Below are positions 1-8,809 of a stretch of DNA of 64,000 nucleotides, piece after piece. The stretch comes from a virus. Taxonomy: Duplodnaviria > Caudoviricetes. Under the pieces are notes generated by a model. That model saw nothing but the letters and a program-made list of their open reading frames with translations, searched no databases and had not been told where the DNA came from. The stretch's first letter is position 1. Each line of letters begins with the position of its first letter. The DNA lies in the IMG/VR virus record IMGVR_UViG_2861736478_000001, positions 12,387 through 76,386 of that record. One strand, 5' to 3'. Both the position numbers and the translations under genes were made by a program.

Positions 1-503
1 ACAGAGTTTCCGGCGGGCGCGTCGAAGCGCCTGTGCCAGCCCGCCTTGATGTGCTGTGCATGATCAATGATGGAGCTGTGGCCTATCGCGGCGATGACGA
101 CGATCAGGTGGGTCCGCCGTCGATACCCAGCACGCTGAAGAACTGGACGTGGCTCATCTGTGAGCATCGCGGCCTGGTCTACCCGGCCACTGCCGGCGTT
201 GCGGAGCTGGCGGCTTTCCTCGCTCGTCACGTCGAGTGGGCCGCGAGCAGAGAGTGGATCGTCGACTTCATGGAGGAGATCGGTGCCCTGCGCAGGGCCG
301 CCCACGGACTGGCTCCGTGGACAGTGCATGTGCAGGAGCTGGTCGGCCCGTGTCCTGGGTGTGATCTTCGCGCGCTGATCCGCACGGCCGGGGAGGAGTG
401 GATCGAGTGTGACGCCACGGTGGGCGGATGCGGGGGCTTGTGGAGTCTGGCGTACTACAACGACCACGTCAGCGAGATTCTCAAGGGAAAGGCAATATCA
501 TGA
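1..503 (+). CDS. Hypothetical phage protein with C-terminal zinc ribbon, 5' truncated by window edge
   Basis: Frame is open from the window start. C-terminal CPGC...CDATVGGC motif. Its stop overlaps the next ATG (ATGA at 500-503). Confidence 0.65.
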   Translation, partial: RVSGGRVEAPVPARLDVLCMINDGAVAYRGDDDDQVGPPSIPSTLKNWTWLICEHRGLVYPATAGVAELAAFLARHVEWAASREWIVDFMEEIGALRRAAHGLAPWTVHVQELVGPCPGCDLRALIRTAGEEWIECDATVGGCGGLWSLAYYNDHVSEILKGKAIS

Positions 504-910
504 CGATCATGATAGAGGTCTCTCCGCGGGAAGCCCTGGCCGTACGCCTCCGTGAGGGCAAGAGCGTGCCGGAGGCCGCGGCTGAGCTGGACGTTCCGAT
601 TGCCACCGCCTACCGCTGGGAAGCCGAAGACCGGCGGGCCAGAGAACAGAACTTGCCGACGGTGGCCGAACAGCAGCAGGAAGCGGCCGACAAGCTGTCG
701 GCGGCGATCGGGGCCTTCTACCAGGCTCGGGCCAGCATGGAGGAGGCCATCATCGCGGCCTGCCAGCCGCCCCGCGTGGAGCCGTCGACGAGTCGGCCGC
801 TGGTGAAGCGGCAGGACATCGTAGACATGACGAAGGCGGCCGACCCGGCTGCGGTAGGTCTGACGATCTACGAGATTCGGCAGATTGTGGACGGCGGCAT
901 CAGTCGTTAG
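500..910 (+). CDS. Helix-turn-helix DNA-binding protein
   Basis: LREGKSVPEAAAELDVPIATAYRW is a classic HTH. ATGA coupling to the upstream gene. Confidence 0.7.
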   Translation: MTIMIEVSPREALAVRLREGKSVPEAAAELDVPIATAYRWEAEDRRAREQNLPTVAEQQQEAADKLSAAIGAFYQARASMEEAIIAACQPPRVEPSTSRPLVKRQDIVDMTKAADPAAVGLTIYEIRQIVDGGISR

Positions 911-979
911 ATTCGAGCTTGCGGGCGTTGAATGTCATCACATCCGCACCGGCCCCCGGCGATTCGCCGGGGGCCGTAT

Positions 980-1165
980 TCATCTGCGCGGTATGGCACG
1001 GAAGTCTTCTGCTGCCATCTCCTGCGCGTGGAGTATGCCCAGTTCGTATGCCTGCCTGCGGCTGGCCTCATTCCGGCGATGCCGCCAGGTGACCACGCCG
1101 GCCAAGATCCATCCGCCTGCCGCCACGGCAGCGAGGACGGCGTCGGCGTAGTCCAGGAACGGCAT
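980..1165 (-). CDS. Small single-TM membrane protein (AYELGILH motif)
   Basis: GGAGG RBS, one hydrophobic helix, then RHRR and AYELGILH. Motif shared with 6351..6635. Confidence 0.6.
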   Translation of the reverse strand: MPFLDYADAVLAAVAAGGWILAGVVTWRHRRNEASRRQAYELGILHAQEMAAEDFRAIPRR

Positions 1166-1330
1166 AGGGGGCCTCCAAGTGCGCGGCTAGTCCACACATT
1201 AGAGCATATGTTCGCATTATGGGGTAGATGCGACAGGGTATCTGAGCTGGGAGAAGTCCGCCCGCGAAGGTGTGCGACATGCACGATGCCCGATTCCTCC
1301 GGCGATCAACCCTTGAACGGATACCGTCGA

Positions 1331-1942
1331 TCACAGAGAGTCAAGACGCGCCTCTGTCAAGGGTTGCCACGCCCAAGTCGTCTCAGGTCCGTCTTGGGCC
1401 ACGAGGCTGAGGCTGCGGATGGTCACATCTCGGTCGGGAAGCCGCTTGCCGAGCGCGTTGATGATGGGTGCGGCCGGGCCGTCGGCGCTGCTGTAGGCGA
1501 CAGTGACATGGGGCGTCCAAAGGTCGTGAGCGAGCCGTCCTTCCTGCCCGGTGACCGTTCGGGTAGCCGTCTTGGCCGCTTCCAGCAGCGGCGTGAGCCG
1601 TTCGGCCGGCTGTGCTTCCAAGGCGACCGCCTCAGGGTGGTACAGCACGCGACCCAACGTCACCGAAATGGGGCCGACGTCGGCCAGCTGGTGCCCGGCG
1701 GCCTGAGCCATTTCGGCTGCCTGTGTGCTGGTGGTCTCGTGAGAGTAGCCAGCGATCAGCACCGTCAGATGGATATGGCTGAGTGGTACCAGGTCAAGCC
1801 CAGAAAGCCCGCCGAGGCGAGCTTGGGCTTCCTCCACGATGGCCACCGCCTCCGGTTCTTCGCCCAGCAACACGTGCCAGTAGAGCAAACCCTGGCCGGG
1901 CGGCAGCATCAGGGGCCGGCGAAGCTCCCAACGGTTGGCCAT
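1331..1942 (-). CDS. 2H phosphoesterase (2'-5' RNA ligase superfamily)
   Basis: Two HxT motifs (HIHLTV and TPHVTVAY) about 85 aa apart. Start at MANRW, 17 nt after the upstream stop. Confidence 0.85.
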   Translation of the reverse strand: MANRWELRRPLMLPPGQGLLYWHVLLGEEPEAVAIVEEAQARLGGLSGLDLVPLSHIHLTVLIAGYSHETTSTQAAEMAQAAGHQLADVGPISVTLGRVLYHPEAVALEAQPAERLTPLLEAAKTATRTVTGQEGRLAHDLWTPHVTVAYSSADGPAAPIINALGKRLPDRDVTIRSLSLVAQDGPETTWAWQPLTEARLDSL

Positions 1943-1959
1943 CTGCTCAGGTAAGGGGC

Positions 1960-3210
1960 TCACGCGTCCTCCGCCGCTGGAAGAAGAGCGCGAGCCGAGG
2001 TGAACGCGCTGATCTGCTCGCGCAACGTGGACACCGTATCGGAGCCGCGAAACTGAGGCGCTTGCAGGCGCGAGTCCATGCGGACCAGATAGCTGGTGAT
2101 CGTGGCCAACCGATGTTCGGGCGGCAAGAGCAGGGCAGGAGCGATGTGCTCGGCCGCCGCTTCGACGTCGTTCATCATCACGTAAGCGATCCCGGCGCCG
2201 AACCGCACCTGAGCCCACGAGGCGACAACCCGTGGAGCTCCATCGGCCCATGCGCTCTCCGCCGCGTCCGCCGCGGTCAAGGCCGCTCTCGCCTCCCTGG
2301 CCTGCAAAGCCACGGATAGGGCGTACAGCGACCGGCGCGGAGCGGGACACGACCAGGGCGTCACTCCGGAGTCGTCACTGACTACCTGCGCAGCGTCGTC
2401 CGCACGAAGGAGCGCCGCCTGCGCGCGCACGAAGTCCCCCAGCAGGCTCGCCGCGTTCGCCTCCTGGCACGCCAGGAGAACGCGCAGCGGAGTGGCCGGA
2501 CTGCAATCGAACCCGCGACGAGCCGCATCGGCCGAGATCGCATATCGGTGGCGCCAGCGCTCCGTCTTTGCTTGGGCGCTGAGCGCCGCGGCCGGGCTCG
2601 CGTCGGCTTCCTCAGCACACAGCCGCGCAGCTTCTCCGTAGACCGCGGCCGATTCGTCGTCGTAGAGGTCGCCCATGAGGATGCAAGCATGCGCGAGAAG
2701 GTCGGCGTCGATGCGGAACAACTCGCGGGTCTGCCGTAGCCGCTGTTTGCCACCGCGCAGAAGAGCGTGAATCTGGCGGTGGTAGCGGAGCACGCTGGCG
2801 AGCATCTGGGCGGGCGGTATCTGCGTGTGCCTCTCCCCGAGGTGGTAGCGGGTCTCATCGAGCATGGCGATGGTGGAGTCACCCACGTTGGTCCGCTCGA
2901 CCCACGAGGCGTGCTCGATGAGATCATCTACCGCGGGTGCCGCGGATCGGGTCGGACCCTGGAACAGGGTGACCTCGTCGATGCCGAACACGCGGCAGTA
3001 CAGGAGCGGATACGGGTCTTTGGGCCTGTTCGTTCCGGCCTCGTGAGACTTGATCCGCCGAACCACGGAATCGAACTCAGATAGCACAACGGAACAACTA
3101 CGCGCCGCCTTGTACAGCTCCGCAGCCAGCTGTTTCTGCGACCAGCCCGCTGTGCGCCTTTCGTCGCGGATGGTCTCGGCCCAGGCCGGGAGTTCGCCCG
3201 CATCGCTCAT
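1960..3210 (-). CDS. XRE-family HTH regulator with C-terminal helical/TPR-like domain
   Basis: N-terminal IRDERRTAGWSQKQLA...IKSHEAG HTH followed by about 300 aa of Ala/Leu-rich helical repeats. Confidence 0.8.
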   Translation of the reverse strand: MSDAGELPAWAETIRDERRTAGWSQKQLAAELYKAARSCSVVLSEFDSVVRRIKSHEAGTNRPKDPYPLLYCRVFGIDEVTLFQGPTRSAAPAVDDLIEHASWVERTNVGDSTIAMLDETRYHLGERHTQIPPAQMLASVLRYHRQIHALLRGGKQRLRQTRELFRIDADLLAHACILMGDLYDDESAAVYGEAARLCAEEADASPAAALSAQAKTERWRHRYAISADAARRGFDCSPATPLRVLLACQEANAASLLGDFVRAQAALLRADDAAQVVSDDSGVTPWSCPAPRRSLYALSVALQAREARAALTAADAAESAWADGAPRVVASWAQVRFGAGIAYVMMNDVEAAAEHIAPALLLPPEHRLATITSYLVRMDSRLQAPQFRGSDTVSTLREQISAFTSARALLPAAEDA

Positions 3211-3310
3211 GCCGCAGCACCTCGTCAGCAAGGAGGGGACACGCTCGTGTCCCTCAGTGTCCCCCATCGGCATCTGTTCGCGCATCGTTACTCACCGTTG
3301 TGATAGACGC

Positions 3311-3715
3311 ATGAGCGAGATCTCTAACGACACTGGTTTTGACCCGAGAATGATGCTGACCTGCCGGGAAGCGATGGACTACACCCTCGCTGAGCAGGTT
3401 CAGCGCTGGCGCGGGTTGCTTGGCATGCACGGGGAGCGGGACGCGAGATTCCGCCTGGCCGAGGTGGCGTGGGTGTCGGCGATGAACCAGACCACCCACG
3501 CCTACGCGATGGCATCGGCGACCAGGGCGCTGCTCCAAGGTGCGTCAATCCCTGCGATCGTGGCCGCGCTCGGGGTTGCCGACGTTGAGGCGTTCCGGCG
3601 GATGTGGCAACCGTGGGCCCAAGCTCAACCTCTGCTGTTCATACAGGGACACGGGGCGGTGTCTCCCCAGGACTGCGCGCGGGTCGGCCGACTACTCGCC
3701 AAGGCGCAGTTATGA
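3311..3715 (+). CDS. Hypothetical protein
   Basis: Divergent from the XRE-TPR gene, with GC-rich coding bias. Confidence 0.55.
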   Translation: MSEISNDTGFDPRMMLTCREAMDYTLAEQVQRWRGLLGMHGERDARFRLAEVAWVSAMNQTTHAYAMASATRALLQGASIPAIVAALGVADVEAFRRMWQPWAQAQPLLFIQGHGAVSPQDCARVGRLLAKAQL

Positions 3716-3886
3716 CCACCGCACACCTAGATCTCCCCGACCTGTTGCTGCCGGTGCCGCAGTTGGCGGGTCGGGGCTTCAACACCCGGAACTTCCCGAA
3801 TCCGTGGGGGCCGGGCTGCGAGCGGGCGCGGCGGCGAGCTGCCCCAGGCGAGAGGCCGGCGCCGCGCCCACCGAAAGCGACTTGCC

Positions 3887-4090
3887 ATGACCAGATGGGA
3901 ACCGCATGTCCCGCGGACGCCGACAACGCGAGTGCTCGAAACCTCCTCCGGAGGCACCTACGAGTTCTGCCACGAAGGCGGCCAGTACCTCGTCCTGCGC
4001 TGGAACGACACCCGCTACGAGGAGACCGGCAGAGGGTCGCATGCGAGGGCACGGGACGTATGGAAATCACTCACCGGTGCGAGGAGATGA
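3887..4090 (+). CDS. Small hypothetical protein of the type found beside XRE/DUF397 loci
   Basis: MTRWEPH..PTTRV..YEFC.EGG.Y.V.R...W..L.G pattern. Family assignment recalled, not searched. Confidence 0.55.
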   Translation: MTRWEPHVPRTPTTRVLETSSGGTYEFCHEGGQYLVLRWNDTRYEETGRGSHARARDVWKSLTGARR

Positions 4091-4343
4091 GCCCGTAAGG
4101 TTCGACGGCTATACCAGTGATATCCGTTCTGTGGTCACTGTGCGTGTCGCTGGCGGCAACGCGCACTGGGCTGAATAATGTGCTCAACGCCAGTTAGCCC
4201 AACCTTCACGACATGGGCGCAGTCTTTTGTCCGTTACGCTCCCTCGCGGGAGATTGTCCGGCCATGCCCTTAATGACTGATAGATGGCTTTCGTCACGTT
4301 CGCATGAAGATGTGCAAGAATTGCACAACCCCCTCTCGCCAGC

Positions 4344-5210
4344 ATGGACAATCCCAAGATGCAGCGCATCAGCCCTCCACTGCGCCAGCGCCACCTCGCT
4401 CAGATCCTTCGCGACCTGAGGTCCGATCGAGACCAGACGTTGAGCGACGCGATCACCCAGCTCCGACAGCTCGGACGGGCATGGAGCCGCACCAAGCTTT
4501 CCAGAGTCGAGACAGGGGAGAGCCTGCCAACTCCCGGTGACCTGGCCGATCTGCTGGACGTGTACGAGGTGAACTCCGACACGCGGGCGACATGCGAGGA
4601 GCTTGCCCGCCAAGCCCGCCTGAAGCCCTGGTGGAAGGAGTACGCAGCCGTAGTAGGGGAGTACGTTGCGCTTGAGACCGAAGCCACGATTGAACGCTCC
4701 TGGCAACCTCTGCTGGTTCCGGGTCTGCTCCAGACGGCGGACTACGCGCGGGAGATCTTCACTGCGGGCCAGCACGGCTCTTCGCCTCGCCTAGTAGAGC
4801 TCCAGCTCAAGGCACGTCTCGCCAGGCAGCGTGAACTTCTCGGCTGTGATCTTCCAGTCGAATTGCATGGGGTTATCGGTGAGCAGGCATTGCGCCGCAG
4901 GATCGGCACCCGAGACACCATGTTCGAGCAGCTCGAGAGGCTGGTCGTCATGGCCTCCTGGCCCAACGTGGTCATCCAAGTGCTTGAGGATTCAGTGGGT
5001 GCTCACCCGGGGCTGAGCGGCCCCTTCGTTCTGCTGTCCTTGCCTGGTGGGGCGAACTACGTGTACTTCGAGACGCCGCCGGATGAACGGGTGGCCGATA
5101 AGATCGACACCGTCCGTGAGTACGAGCGCTGCTTCGAGCGTCTCGCGGCCTTGGCGTTGACTCCCGAGCAGTCCGCCGTCTTCGTCTCGGAGATCCTCAA
5201 GGAGCTGTAG
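4344..5210 (+). CDS. XRE HTH-DUF5753 regulator (WhiJ/Scr1-like)
   Basis: HTH with KLSRVETG, then WW...YVALETEA...VPGLLQTADYAR...RLARQ...GEQALRR...GPFVLL...YFE, the DUF5753 signature. Confidence 0.9.
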   Translation: MDNPKMQRISPPLRQRHLAQILRDLRSDRDQTLSDAITQLRQLGRAWSRTKLSRVETGESLPTPGDLADLLDVYEVNSDTRATCEELARQARLKPWWKEYAAVVGEYVALETEATIERSWQPLLVPGLLQTADYAREIFTAGQHGSSPRLVELQLKARLARQRELLGCDLPVELHGVIGEQALRRRIGTRDTMFEQLERLVVMASWPNVVIQVLEDSVGAHPGLSGPFVLLSLPGGANYVYFETPPDERVADKIDTVREYERCFERLAALALTPEQSAVFVSEILKEL

Positions 5211-5441
5211 TTGCTGTCCCAGGAGTGGCAGAAGAGTTCGTGGTCGGACACCGCTGACGGCTGCGTCATGGTGCGACGTAACGGTGACCGTGTCGAGGTG
5301 GGGGATACGAAGCCGGAAGGGGCGGGGCTGGTGTTGTCCTTCACTCCGTTGGAGTGGTTGTGCTTCCGCGAGGGCTTCGTGGCCGGCCAGTTCGACCTGG
5401 AGGAGTGGCACGAGACGGGAGGCGTGAGCGCTTCCGGCTAG
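5211..5441 (+). CDS. DUF397 protein (BldB/Scr2-like)
   Basis: WQKSSWS...CVMV...VEVGDTK...L.FTP.EW..F..G pattern, directly after the XRE-DUF5753 gene. Confidence 0.9.
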   Translation: MLSQEWQKSSWSDTADGCVMVRRNGDRVEVGDTKPEGAGLVLSFTPLEWLCFREGFVAGQFDLEEWHETGGVSASG

Positions 5442-5701
5442 CTGGAACGTTGCATTCCCTGGGCCTCGGCGCGAGCGTCGTTTCGGCCCTGTCGGTACGC
5501 CTCTGAGAGTGTCTGGGGTTCCGGCAGGCCGTATGGCAGGGCGAGGAGTCCCAGGAGTGCTCCCACCAGGATCAACGCTACGAACGCGGCGGTGAGAGCG
5601 GGGTGTTCGGCGGTGTCTGGCGTTGTGACGCTGATGAGCATGGCGGTGGCCGCTCCGCACAACGCGGTTACAGCGCCCGTGACTTGGATGGCTCGCCTCA
5701 T
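5438..5701 (-). CDS. Small two-TM membrane protein
   Basis: Two hydrophobic segments followed by EAYRQGRNDAR. Confidence 0.6.
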   Translation of the reverse strand: MRRAIQVTGAVTALCGAATAMLISVTTPDTAEHPALTAAFVALILVGALLGLLALPYGLPEPQTLSEAYRQGRNDARAEAQGMQRSS

Positions 5702-6034
5702 TGGGGCCCCCTGAAATAGTTCGAAACCTTTCCCGTTTTGGGTGAAGATCACACTATGACACCGGCCGGGATTCCCGCACCATGCCCTCCATTAGCGACG
5801 ATAGGTGATCGTTATCTTTTCTTGCTGATCTAGAGGTTACGATCCGCAGTGGGCTTACGGGGCAAGGCTCTCGCGAGTGGCGGGTTATGGCCGTGGCCAA
5901 AACAGGCCGAACGAATCCATGGACACACACGGCGAGAGCGGTTTTTCTTGACGCTCACGCAGAAAGTTGACTCTTGCACTGCCGCATGTCAGTTGCAGGT
6001 GCACAGAGCGAGGAAGAGAAGGGAACGGTCCACG

Positions 6035-6313
6035 ATGGACTCCAATCTCAGGACGAAGATCGGCTTGTACCTTGCGGCTGGGGCGGCAGTCGTCGCGATC
6101 ATCCTGGCGGGCGCGCTCCCAGGCGCCGCCGACAGCGACCCCGGCGCGCCGCTGAGTTCGACCACGGCAGAGCCGATCCCGAGCCCTGAGTCTGAATCCG
6201 CCAGCGCTTCATCTGACGATTTGCAGGGCCCGGCCTCGACAAGCAGCCCGACGTCGACGCCGCGTTCGACATCCCCGGTGGCCGAGCGGAACGCGCACGG
6301 AAGCGGCTGGTAG
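6035..6313 (+). CDS. Small secreted peptide precursor ending in ...ERNAHGSGW
   Basis: AAGGGA RBS. Basic N-region (RTK), 22-aa hydrophobic core, GAA|DSD cleavage-like site, Ser/Thr/Pro-rich spacer, C-terminal GSGW. Confidence 0.7.
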   Translation: MDSNLRTKIGLYLAAGAAVVAIILAGALPGAADSDPGAPLSSTTAEPIPSPESESASASSDDLQGPASTSSPTSTPRSTSPVAERNAHGSGW

Positions 6314-6350
6314 AGCTGATACAGGCGCCTTCGCGCTCCGGAAGCAGCGC

Positions 6351-6635
6351 ATGCTGACACGACAGAACAGGCGCATGCGCGCATGCATGGTCGCCGCAAC
6401 CGCTGGTTGGGGCCTAAGTTCGCTCGCCGGCGCGCTCGTGGTGCTCGGCCCGGCCGGGCCGAGCACCCACGCCTTCAGCCTGCTCACAATGTGGCTTCTC
6501 GCCGTGCCGATCCCGGCCTCCGTATGCGCTGCACAACAGCGCCACCGAAAAGCCCGAGCAGCCACAGCTCGGCTCGCCTACGAACTCGGCCTTCTCCACG
6601 AACAGGACCTCGCCCCCACGATGCCCCTCCGGTGA
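6351..6635 (+). CDS. Small two-TM membrane protein (AYELGLLH motif)
   Basis: Two hydrophobic helices, then RHRK and AYELGLLH. The true start may be the ATG at 6375. Confidence 0.6.
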   Translation: MLTRQNRRMRACMVAATAGWGLSSLAGALVVLGPAGPSTHAFSLLTMWLLAVPIPASVCAAQQRHRKARAATARLAYELGLLHEQDLAPTMPLR

Positions 6636-6670
6636 AACGACGCAACGCATAAGCCGACTAGGAGAAACAG

Positions 6671-7654
6671 GTGTACAAGGCGCTCGGGCTCGACCACGAG
6701 GAGAGCCACGTCTACCAGTTCGTTCTGGCCAACAGCCCCATACCCCGCGGCGAGGTCATCGAGAGGTTCGGTGGCCCAGCGGAGAGGCTGTTAGGGAACC
6801 TGGCGGAACGCCATCTCACCATGGGCGATGAGCTGATCAGCGCGTGCAACCCGGCGCTGGCCTTGAGCGGTGGTGTGCTCCGCATCCAGAAGGAGTACAC
6901 CACCGCGAAGTCCGCACTGGATGACCTGGTCAGCCGCTTCAACGAGAACCCGAACAACTGGGAGTCGGCGGACAACCCGGTTGAGGTCATCCGCGATCCC
7001 GCGATCATCACGAAAACGTTCTCGGAGATCCGGGACACTGCGGTGCGGGAACTGAGGGCCATGTACACCTACCCCTACCAGTTCGTCACACCCTTGGTTG
7101 ACGACGTCGTGGAGCACACCACGACGTGCCGAATCCTGGTCGAGCCGAGCGTCTTCTCTGACCCCGCCGCCCGCCGGGACATCACCAAGTCGCACAACAG
7201 CGGGTGCGAGGTGCGAGTCGCGCCGGACGACGATCTCCCAACGAAGATGCTGGTGAAGGACCGAGAGCTGGCGATCATGCCGCGCGACCGAGAGACCGGC
7301 GCTGTCCTGGTGATCCAGCCCGGCCTGATGATGTCGTTAGTCCTGGCGGCCTTCGACGCCCGGTGGGCGCAAGGCGTACCGGCCCGCGCGTTCGTCCGGC
7401 GCACTGGCGCCGAATCAGGCACGCGAGTGCGCCGACCCAAGGCCGTTCTGTTCGACGAGGACGGATTGCAGATCCTCAGCATGCTGGCTGACGGGGCGAC
7501 GGACTCGATGATCGTCAAAGCGACCGGGGTGTCACAGCGCAACCTGACCCGCCGGATCGGCCAGTTCCTGGATTTCTGCGGCGCGAGGAGCCGATTCCAG
7601 CTGGGATTCATCGCGGCGACCAGCGAGTGGATGCCGAAGCGCCAGGCGTCGTAG
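6671..7654 (+). CDS. TrmB-wHTH / PLD-like sensor / LuxR-HTH transcriptional regulator
   Basis: AGGAG RBS. N-terminal LGLDHEESHVYQFVL (TrmB-like), central LPTKMLVKDRELAIMP, C-terminal ILSMLADGATDSMIVKATGVSQRNLTRRI...SRFQLG (LuxR HTH). Confidence 0.85.
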   Translation: MYKALGLDHEESHVYQFVLANSPIPRGEVIERFGGPAERLLGNLAERHLTMGDELISACNPALALSGGVLRIQKEYTTAKSALDDLVSRFNENPNNWESADNPVEVIRDPAIITKTFSEIRDTAVRELRAMYTYPYQFVTPLVDDVVEHTTTCRILVEPSVFSDPAARRDITKSHNSGCEVRVAPDDDLPTKMLVKDRELAIMPRDRETGAVLVIQPGLMMSLVLAAFDARWAQGVPARAFVRRTGAESGTRVRRPKAVLFDEDGLQILSMLADGATDSMIVKATGVSQRNLTRRIGQFLDFCGARSRFQLGFIAATSEWMPKRQAS

Positions 7655-7676
7655 CCCGGCTCCGCAAGCAGGTCCG

Positions 7677-8195
7677 CTAGCGAGCTCTGAATCGGAGCGT
7701 CGCGGCGTGCATATCCATGAGGGCATCGATCTGGCCGAACAGCACGTCGCGCATCTCCTGGCGGTCCTGCTCCGTCGCGCCGGGCACATTGTCGATCTCT
7801 GCCAGCTGGCGGAGGAGCTTCTGCTTGGTCCCCGCGGGAATGTCGTCCAAGCTGACCTTGGAGGCCGCCAGCTCGGTCTTGGCGCGCGCGTCGATCTCCT
7901 TGCGGAGCAGTTCCGCAGCGTCGGTGCGTCCAGTCGCCGCGATTTGCTCGGGGGTGGCGTAGAGGACGAGCCCGATGAGAACGAGCTCCCAGTCCTCCGC
8001 GATCTTCCGGCCGGCTTCGATGTTGCGCCACGTTCCGTCGCTGAAGCCGTACCCATCGGGGGCGATCTCCGTCAGCCGCTTCATCGCGGTCGACAGGCTC
8101 ATCTTGCGGCTTAGCGCAGCAGGTCGTTCCCGTAGCTGGCGTATGAGGCTGGCTTCGGGTGGCAGAGCTGGTGAGGCGCTCTTGTTGGTGGCCAC
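7677..8195 (-). CDS. Putative immunity repressor (XRE-like HTH)
   Basis: LIRQLRER...FSDGTWRNIEAG HTH. Divergent from a Cro/Xis-like gene at the head of the early operon. Confidence 0.7.
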   Translation of the reverse strand: MATNKSASPALPPEASLIRQLRERPAALSRKMSLSTAMKRLTEIAPDGYGFSDGTWRNIEAGRKIAEDWELVLIGLVLYATPEQIAATGRTDAAELLRKEIDARAKTELAASKVSLDDIPAGTKQKLLRQLAEIDNVPGATEQDRQEMRDVLFGQIDALMDMHAATLRFRAR

Positions 8196-8318
8196 AGCCC
8201 GGCTCCTTCGTGATTTCCGTGATCCTGCGGTTTTTGCGCTTGCTGCGCCAACCGTACCAGGGAGTACGCGGAATGCCAGTACCTACAGACACTTCTCAGC
8301 ATCACGATGACGTGCGCG

Positions 8319-8386
8319 ATTTTCGCGAATTTCTCGAAAATCCTTGACTTTCTCGAATGATCGACTAGCGTCTGATTGTGCTAGTA
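8319..8386 (+). promoter_or_regulatory. Early rightward promoter (TTGACT-N16-TAGCGT) overlapped by three TTTC(G/T)CGAA operator-like boxes
   Basis: TTGACT at 8344-8349 and TAGCGT at 8366-8371. Boxes lie near 8321, 8330 and 8349 in the repressor/cro intergenic region. Confidence 0.6.
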
Positions 8387-8409
8387 GATCATCACCAACC
8401 AAGGTCGCG

Positions 8410-8787
8410 ATGGGGGACATGAACCCCGTGAACGACCTCATCGAAAGCGTGCAAGACCTGGTCAACGGCATTCTCGACGCAGCGGCTCCCCCCAGGAAGA
8501 AGCTCTTCACCGTCCAAGAAGCCGCACTAGCGATGCGCGTGAGCCCATCCACCGTCCTCGGGCTCATCCGAGACAAGAGCCTGGCCAACATCTCGATCCA
8601 CAAGAAGAGCTTCCGCATCCCGCGCCAAGCCCTCCGAGACCACCTGTTCCACCGATACGTCGCCTCCGAACTCGCGGCGGCCACGCAAGAACTCGCACTC
8701 GTGCAGCTGGAGCTCAAGCGCCGCAAGGCCGAGCTCGACCGCGTCACCAAACGCCTCGCCCAAGCCAGCGACGCGCCCGCCCCATAG
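8410..8787 (+). CDS. Cro/excisionase-like HTH_17 protein with C-terminal coiled coil
   Basis: LFTVQEAALAMRVSPSTVLGLIRDKSL...KSFRIPR excisionase-type HTH. Confidence 0.8.
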   Translation: MGDMNPVNDLIESVQDLVNGILDAAAPPRKKLFTVQEAALAMRVSPSTVLGLIRDKSLANISIHKKSFRIPRQALRDHLFHRYVASELAAATQELALVQLELKRRKAELDRVTKRLAQASDAPAP

Positions 8788-8809
8788 CCCCCACCCGAAA
8801 GGAATCGTC

